DNA from: an uncultured virus (IMG/VR IMGVR_UViG_3300006204_000270)
Taxonomy: Duplodnaviria; Heunggongvirae; Uroviricota; Caudoviricetes
Reading direction: 5' to 3' (one strand)
Virus record (IMG/VR): IMGVR_UViG_3300006204_000270
DNA length: 20,000 nt
Shown here piece after piece: positions 14,494 through 20,000 of the stretch. Position numbers and translations under genes: made by a program. Each line of letters starts with the position of its first letter. Position 1 is the first letter of the stretch. The notes under the pieces were generated by a model that was given only the letters and a program-made list of their open reading frames with translations, searched no databases and was not told the origin of the DNA.

Positions 14494-17400
14494 TTACTCG
14501 TAAATAACCTTGCTGCCCTCCGGCGTTTTCACCACGTCAACGCTCTGGGGAAATCTCGACTTCATGGCCGGGTCGTGCGTGATCGCCATGACCTTGAGGC
14601 CGTCGTACCTCTGCTGGATTGCCTCAAGCGCGTCGCAGTACGCCTGCACTCCGGGGCTGTCGAGGAAAGGCGGTTCGTCGATAAAGAGAAATCCCAACTG
14701 CACCCCGGCCTTGCTGCTCTTGATCTCCGAGAGGGCGAGAATGACCGAGAGGGCCGCCTTGACGCGCTCGCCTCCGCTCCGGCTCATGTAGGGGAGCCGC
14801 CCGGTGTCGCTGTCGTTGATGATGATGTCGAGGGTCGTGACCTCTTTCTTGCTGTTGGATTTCAGCACCTTTTCCGTCACGAACTCCACGCTCATGCGTC
14901 CCTGCGACATCTGGCCGAGAATGTTGGTCGCCGTTGCCTCGAATACCGGGATAATGCTGCGAATGATGTTGTGGGGTATGCCGTCCTGCGAGAAAGCCTT
15001 TTTCAGCTCCTCGTACCCGGCGGCCTGCACACCCAGCACGTTCACCTGCTCTTGGCATTCCGCCGCCTGCTTGAGGGCAAGCTGCACCTGCTCCCGCTTT
15101 GCCCGCAGCCCGCCGATTTGGAAATCCGCCTGCCGTGCCGCGTCCTGCATGGCCTTGATTTCCGCCTCTGCCGCGTCTACCTGCGCTTGCAGCTCCTCTC
15201 TGCCGACAGTCTTGCCCTGCTCCTCTGCCAGCTCCTCCCGCGCCTCAGCGATCTCCCGGTCGATGTCCTCGACCTCTGCGTCCAGCTCAAGGAGGCGCTG
15301 CGCTGCCGCCGCCTTTTTCTCCCGCGCCACGGGGAGCTGCCGCTCTTTGTCTGTCCACTGCCGGGCCACGGCGATTTCGGCTTGCAGGCGGTCGTAGTCC
15401 GCGCTGGCCGCCGCGACGCTTTGGAGCTGCTGCTCAATCCCGGCCAGCTCTGTCCGGCCCTTTTCGGCGGTAGCCTCTGCGTCGGAAACGGCCTTTTCCA
15501 GCTCTGCGGCCCGCTCCTCCATCAGCGTCAGCTCGCTCCTCTGCGCCTCAAGGCTGTGGTACTCCCTTTCGGCGGCCTCAAGGAGGCGCTGGGAGGCCCG
15601 CAGAGAGGCGATTTCCTCCGGGACGTGTTTCTTGTCGTCATAGGCCCTTTGCGCCAGAGAGAGGCCCGCAGAGGCCGTCTGGCGGCTTTTCTGGTACTCT
15701 ACGTTGAGCGCAACCAGTTCTTCTTCTTTGTCGTGGACTGCACCTTTGGCTGCAACCGCGTCAGCAAGGAATTTGCATGTGGCTATAGCCTCGATTGGGC
15801 ACCCGCTGTTGTTCAGCAGCTCCACCTTTCCATTGAGTGTGGAGATATTCTGCTCAATCCGCGTCCGGGCGGCTGTGTAGTCGCGCTCAAGGCGCTCCAC
15901 CTCCGCCTGCGCCGCCGCGAGGCCGTCCTTTGCCGCCGTGTACTCTGGCATGAGCTTTTCCAGCTCCGCGAGCCTGCTGGCCGCCGCCTCGTACTCCGCG
16001 TGTTTCCCTGCCAGCTCCGCCGCCCGTGCGAGGGCCTGCTGCAAGGGGCCAATCTTCATCAACGTAATGGCCGCCTTTTTCTGCCGCATTTCCTGCGCCG
16101 AGCTTTCCGCCAGCGTGATCGCGTCGGCAATCTGCTGTCGCCGGGCGGTAAGGTTGTCGTAGGCGGCCTTGCCCTTTATCAGCTCTTTCTCCCGCTCCAA
16201 CAGGCGGCCCAGCTCTGCCACGCCTGCGGTGATCTCCGGCTCTGCCGCGAGTATGGTGTCTGCGGCTGTGATAAGCCCTACCTGCGCGGTCTTTGCGGCC
16301 TCTTTGGCGGCTTTCTGGCCCGTGAGTGAGGTGAGCTTGCTGTTGAGCCGCATAACCCGGCCCGCCGCCTCAAGCTGCGTGTTGAGCTTGACCTTGAGGC
16401 TGTCCACGGCTGCCGCCTTTTCCCGCGCCGCCGCCTCATAGCTGCTCCGGCACTCCTCTTGGTGCTTGAGCTGTGCGTCCAGCTCCGCGCTGTCCGGCAA
16501 TCCTGCGGTGATGGTGTCCACCTTGTCCATCAGGGCGCGGATTGTGCGGTTTGTCTCTGTGACCTTGTCCGCCGCCAGCTCCTCCATGCCCCCGTAAATC
16601 CCCAGCCCCAAAATGCTGCCGAGGATATTCATGCGGGCCTCTTTGTCCGCTTGGAGGAATAGGCCGTACTGGTCTTGCATGATAAGGGCGCAGGCTTTGA
16701 GTGTCAGGCTGTCCATGCCGATGATGTTGATGATCTCCTGCTGTGTGTCCTTGAACTTCTCTTTGCTGCGGTCTACCCACTCGCCCTCGACCTGCTCCGC
16801 GATATTCAGCGTGGCCTTTCCGCTTTTCTGCCGGGTGCGCGTCACGCGGTAGAGGCGGTCTCCCAGCTTGAACGTGAATTTGATAGCCCCGCTCCGAGCG
16901 TCCGGGGCGTTGCAAATCCAGCCCGTCAGCTCGCCCTCTCGCGGCTCCTCGTAGAGCGCGTCCAGCATAGCGTCCATGAATAGGCTGCTCTTGCCCACGC
17001 CGTTGCTGCCGTTGATGGTGCAAAACCGAATACCGTCAAAGGTAAAACGCTCCTCCCGGTAGTTGCGGTAGTTCTTGACCTCGATTTCCACCGGGACGAA
17101 TACTCCCGTATGCCGCTCCTGCGCGGCCTTTTCCGTGGCCTCCGCAATGATGGGCCGGGCCAGCTCCACCAGTTGCCCAACGCGCTCCGGCTCCATGCCC
17201 TTTTCTGCGAGGTAGTCGGTAAGGTTCCCCTCCGGGGTGCTGTCTGCGTCCATGCTCCGGCGGTCTACCGTGATGGTAATTTTCTGCGGGGTGATCTCCT
17301 GCACCCAAAAGGCTCCGGCCCGGTAGAGCGCATTTTCGTAGGCCGCGTGATTGAAAGCCTTGTTATGCTCGTCTGTGCAGTCGTAGAGGACGCGCACGAT

Positions 17401-18369
17401 TTTCCCTTTTACCTCCTCCGCCTGCTCATGCGTAAGGAGCCAGCCGTCGTTGTCCTGCGGGGCGTTCAGTATCAGCGCCTCTACGTCGCCGTCCTTGAGG
17501 CGAATGGTCTTGTACTGCCGCGTGGGGAGCTGCTGGAATGTGGAAGTGACCGCGCCGCTGTCGTCGATGTCGTGTATGTAGTAGCCGCGCTGCTGGCCCT
17601 CGTCGTTGAAGTTGAGCGCCGAGATCGCGCCGCAGTAGAACGTGTTCTTGCAGCCGTCGAGCTGCTGGGGGCGGTGGATATGGCCGAAACAAACGAGGTC
17701 GAAGTCCGCCGCCGCGAGCGTGGAGGGGTAGACCACAGGCTCGAACTGGCTGAAAAATGCCGTCTGGCCGCTCTCCATGTTGCAGCCCGTGATGGTGAAG
17801 TGAGATACCAGCACCGTCGGTGCGCCTGCGTCGCACTGCGCCTTGAGGCCCATAACGATGTCCTCCACGGCTTTGGTGAACACCTCGTTTTCCTCCTCCT
17901 TGGAGAGGCCGGGGTGCTTTGCCCGGTAGTAGCCTCGGTCAAATCCGGGGACGCAGGCGATTTGGATTTTCTTTCCGTGCCTATAGCCGTAGTAGGTCGA
18001 TACCCCCGGCTCTGCCACGATATGTACGCTGTCGTCTCCGGCGAATGTACTTTCCAGCGTGGCAAACTGCTCCGCGCTGTCGTGATTGGGGGTGCCGCGC
18101 ATAACCACCACGGGGCAAACGTCCGAAAACTCCCGCAGGAATTTCACCGCCGTCTGCTGCTCCTTGAGGCCCCGGTCGCTCCAAACGCGGGCCTGATGGA
18201 AGATGTCTCCGGCGATAACGGCAATGTCCGGCTGCTGCTTTTTGGCCCCGGCCACCAGTGCGTCGAGGCACTTGCAGATGTCCAGATACCGGGCGTTCTC
18301 TCCGCCCCGCTCCGGGCCGGGGAATGAGCCGATGTGCAGGTCGCCCGTGTGCAATACTCTGATACCCAT
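14494..18369 (-). CDS. SbcD(Mre11)-SbcC(Rad50) single-chain fusion nuclease/ATPase
   Basis: Phosphoesterase motifs HTGDLH, AGDIFH, GTPNHD, SH, FGHIH; Walker A GSNGVGKS, Q-loop IMQDQY, long coiled coil, signature SGGE, Walker B FIDE, H-loop ITHD in one uninterrupted frame. Confidence 0.93.
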   Translation of the reverse strand: MGIRVLHTGDLHIGSFPGPERGGENARYLDICKCLDALVAGAKKQQPDIAVIAGDIFHQARVWSDRGLKEQQTAVKFLREFSDVCPVVVMRGTPNHDSAEQFATLESTFAGDDSVHIVAEPGVSTYYGYRHGKKIQIACVPGFDRGYYRAKHPGLSKEEENEVFTKAVEDIVMGLKAQCDAGAPTVLVSHFTITGCNMESGQTAFFSQFEPVVYPSTLAAADFDLVCFGHIHRPQQLDGCKNTFYCGAISALNFNDEGQQRGYYIHDIDDSGAVTSTFQQLPTRQYKTIRLKDGDVEALILNAPQDNDGWLLTHEQAEEVKGKIVRVLYDCTDEHNKAFNHAAYENALYRAGAFWVQEITPQKITITVDRRSMDADSTPEGNLTDYLAEKGMEPERVGQLVELARPIIAEATEKAAQERHTGVFVPVEIEVKNYRNYREERFTFDGIRFCTINGSNGVGKSSLFMDAMLDALYEEPREGELTGWICNAPDARSGAIKFTFKLGDRLYRVTRTRQKSGKATLNIAEQVEGEWVDRSKEKFKDTQQEIINIIGMDSLTLKACALIMQDQYGLFLQADKEARMNILGSILGLGIYGGMEELAADKVTETNRTIRALMDKVDTITAGLPDSAELDAQLKHQEECRSSYEAAAREKAAAVDSLKVKLNTQLEAAGRVMRLNSKLTSLTGQKAAKEAAKTAQVGLITAADTILAAEPEITAGVAELGRLLEREKELIKGKAAYDNLTARRQQIADAITLAESSAQEMRQKKAAITLMKIGPLQQALARAAELAGKHAEYEAAASRLAELEKLMPEYTAAKDGLAAAQAEVERLERDYTAARTRIEQNISTLNGKVELLNNSGCPIEAIATCKFLADAVAAKGAVHDKEEELVALNVEYQKSRQTASAGLSLAQRAYDDKKHVPEEIASLRASQRLLEAAEREYHSLEAQRSELTLMEERAAELEKAVSDAEATAEKGRTELAGIEQQLQSVAAASADYDRLQAEIAVARQWTDKERQLPVAREKKAAAAQRLLELDAEVEDIDREIAEAREELAEEQGKTVGREELQAQVDAAEAEIKAMQDAARQADFQIGGLRAKREQVQLALKQAAECQEQVNVLGVQAAGYEELKKAFSQDGIPHNIIRSIIPVFEATATNILGQMSQGRMSVEFVTEKVLKSNSKKEVTTLDIIINDSDTGRLPYMSRSGGERVKAALSVILALSEIKSSKAGVQLGFLFIDEPPFLDSPGVQAYCDALEAIQQRYDGLKVMAITHDPAMKSRFPQSVDVVKTPEGSKVIYE

Positions 18370-19409
18370 TACTGATTACCTCCCTGTTTTCTCTGGCAGT
18401 TCATGCACAGCGTCCGCCCGTACTGCTCTTGGCTGTACTTCACCACGCCGTTGCTGCACTTTGCGCCGCACTCACTACACACGGTCGGGTCGAAGTCCGG
18501 CGCGGCCTCCGCCGCTCTCTGCTGGCGCTGCTGTGTCTCGCGGGGCGGCTCCTGCGGGGCCTGCTGGTAGGCCCGGTTGCCCGGCTGTGTAATCGGCTTG
18601 CCGGGTGTCTCGTACTCCATGCCCTCCTCCACGTCGTCCTCGACGAAGATGGCCCGTCGAGCGTCCGGGGTGTGGCCGCCGTAAAGCTCCTGCGACGTGG
18701 TGAACATATGCCTGACGGCCTCTGCCTTTACGGTTTCGTTGTCGAGGTTCGGGACGAGGTAGGCCACCACGAACGGCTTTTGCAGCTCCTGCAATGTGTA
18801 TGTACCCTTGATGTGCATGGCCGCCCGGAGCGCCCGGTTGATGGCCTTTGTCTCGCACATCTCCGAACGGAACTTGAGAAATTCCTTGCGCTGCGCCTCG
18901 CTCATTCCGTCGGTCACGTCCTGCACGATGATCTCCTTGTGGGCCACGATTTCGATGTTCTCCCCGGTAAGCTGGGGGACGGAAATCCGGGCCTCGAATT
19001 TTACGTCTTTGTTCCCGCAGGATCCGCAGTTGACCGGACGGCCAATACTCCGGTTGACCTCTGCGCACTTCTGGCAGGTGGAGGGGATGATGGGCCGGGT
19101 GCCCAAAATCTTGATGCCCGCCGCCCTCATGAGCTTGTTGAGGCCCTTTTTCGTCAGGGCGTATTTCGCCGGGGTCGCCGGGTGCCTCCTTCCTCCCCTG
19201 TCCGTCCATTCGTCTTTGGCCTTTTCCTGCACATAGATTTCCCCGTCGTTGAGATTGGTGGAAATCTGCACCGCGTTCATCACAGGGCGGTGAATGTCCG
19301 CAATCTCCGCCACCGTCTGCATCGGCACGAGGAGGTTGTACCTATCTGCCGGGTACTGCTGCGTGATCTGCAAGGCGTTTCCGCCCGTGGTCGCCAAACT
19401 GGTATCCAT
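18369..19409 (-). CDS. Hypothetical Zn-binding protein, putative ssDNA-annealing/recombination partner
   Basis: Coupled to the sbcCD fusion (TAATG overlap); CETKAINRALRAA helix, CQKC..CGSC insertion, C-terminal CSEC...YSQEQYGRTLCMNCQ Zn motif; function inferred. Confidence 0.6.
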   Translation of the reverse strand: MDTSLATTGGNALQITQQYPADRYNLLVPMQTVAEIADIHRPVMNAVQISTNLNDGEIYVQEKAKDEWTDRGGRRHPATPAKYALTKKGLNKLMRAAGIKILGTRPIIPSTCQKCAEVNRSIGRPVNCGSCGNKDVKFEARISVPQLTGENIEIVAHKEIIVQDVTDGMSEAQRKEFLKFRSEMCETKAINRALRAAMHIKGTYTLQELQKPFVVAYLVPNLDNETVKAEAVRHMFTTSQELYGGHTPDARRAIFVEDDVEEGMEYETPGKPITQPGNRAYQQAPQEPPRETQQRQQRAAEAAPDFDPTVCSECGAKCSNGVVKYSQEQYGRTLCMNCQRKQGGNQ

Positions 19410-19422
19410 AAAAATCCTCCTA

Positions 19423-19451
19423 TTGCATTTGTCGAACTTCTATGCTACAAT
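19423..19451 (+). promoter_or_regulatory. Antisense sigma-A promoter
   Basis: TTGCAT (19423-19428), 17-nt spacer, TG-c-TACAAT (19446-19451). Confidence 0.7.
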
Positions 19452-19741
19452 AGGGGTGGTTGAGGGGCGGCCCTGTGTTTTCGGACACGGGCTGTCCTTT
19501 TTATCCCCATATAGCAGTCCTCGAGCTGCGCCGTGAGCCGCCGCAATCGGTCGCTTCTCACGGCCTCTGCGATAAGCTGAGCCATGTACCACGGCTCCCG
19601 CCGCTGGCCCCCGCTGTCTCCGTAGTGCTTGATAATGTATTGGAGCTTTCGCTCCGCGCTCTCGCAGGCCCTACGCCACTCCTGCGGCTCTATGGCCGTC
19701 CCGAGGTATCGTTCCGCCTGCTGCTGCATCGGCTCTGCCAT
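19445..19741 (-). CDS. Hypothetical phage protein
   Basis: ATG 19741 best spaced from AGGAGG; AERKL..II...GD.GG.RREPWY.AQLIAE. Confidence 0.7.
   Translation of the reverse strand: MAEPMQQQAERYLGTAIEPQEWRRACESAERKLQYIIKHYGDSGGQRREPWYMAQLIAEAVRSDRLRRLTAQLEDCYMGIKRTARVRKHRAAPQPPLL
19465..19504 (+). terminator. Intrinsic terminator on + strand
   Basis: GGGCGGCCCTGTGTT-TTCG-GACACGGGCTGTCC followed by TTTTTAT; G-U pairs favour + strand folding. Confidence 0.7.
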
Positions 19742-19866
19742 TCTCTGCATCACCTCCTGTCGCAGGCTTGTCCTCTGCGTCGTCCGGCCTCCGGGTCAGG
19801 CAGTCGCACCGCTCACCGGGGGTCGAGGTGATCGCCGCAGTACGGGCATACGTTGTAATACGGCAC
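19671..19866 (-). pseudogene. Frameshifted small zinc-ribbon ORF
   Basis: RBS GAGGAGG, GTG 19866: MPYYNVCPYCGDHLDP then CGG TGA; removing one base of the run at 19818-19822 restores LDPGERCDC. Confidence 0.55.
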
Positions 19867-19871
19867 CTGTT

Positions 19872-20000
19872 CTATCCCTCCTCAACCAAGGTAAGGCCAT
19901 CCACGGCATAGCCGCCGGACTTACCCTCTAACTTGACAACCATCGTGCCGCAGCAATTCCACGGTTCGGATATGACCGTCCAAACCTTTCCTCTGTTGGC
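19872..20000 (-). CDS. Hypothetical phage protein, C-terminal part
   Basis: Open from window edge: ANRGKVWTVISEPWNCCGTMVVKLEGKSGGYAVDGLTLVEEG*. Confidence 0.65.
   Translation of the reverse strand, partial: ANRGKVWTVISEPWNCCGTMVVKLEGKSGGYAVDGLTLVEEG

Larger units (their letters stand above)
1..20000 (-). mobile_element. Temperate phage/prophage segment (recombination, replication, accessory, late regulation, packaging modules)
   Basis: Co-oriented, tightly packed genes including terminase subunits, portal start, RecU, DnaC-like loader, initiator, DUF5131; gene order typical of Firmicutes tailed phages. Confidence 0.95.

Noticed and set aside
14575..16329. Long + strand ORFs (584 aa here; also 9076-10188, 10540-11481, 17110-18327, 18429-19463)
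   Set aside because: Antisense shadows of well-supported minus-strand genes in GC-rich DNA; no recognisable motifs
1..20000. CRISPR array, tRNA/rRNA, IS element, integrase/att site, reverse transcriptase or DGR template repeat
   Set aside because: None recognisable by eye; almost no intergenic space and no AAC-rich second copy of the 9034-9156 region

Overview
GC-rich temperate phage/prophage segment of Firmicutes (Clostridia-like) type. All credible genes lie on the minus strand, tightly packed, with AGGAGG RBSs and ATGA/GTGA overlaps. In transcription order (right to left): small early ORFs; a probable recombination module (346-aa Zn-binding putative annealing protein plus a 1291-aa single-chain SbcD-SbcC fusion); a replication initiator and DnaC/IstB-like loader; an accessory cluster (orphan MazF/PemK fusion with an apparent ACG start, MazG-like fusion, a DUF6273-like protein ending in a DGR-type variable region plus hairpin, a small SAM methyltransferase, a DUF5131/Gp37-Gp68 protein); RecU; a late transcriptional regulator; a late promoter/terminator; then a translationally coupled cassette of two ParB-N paralogs, a radical SAM enzyme and a fold-type-II PLP enzyme directly ahead of terminase small and large subunits and the portal start. 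Best candidates for novelty are the ParB-ParB-radical SAM-PLP cassette (putative packaging-linked DNA modification system) and the remote DGR target gene. Family assignments come from motif recognition by eye, not database searches.
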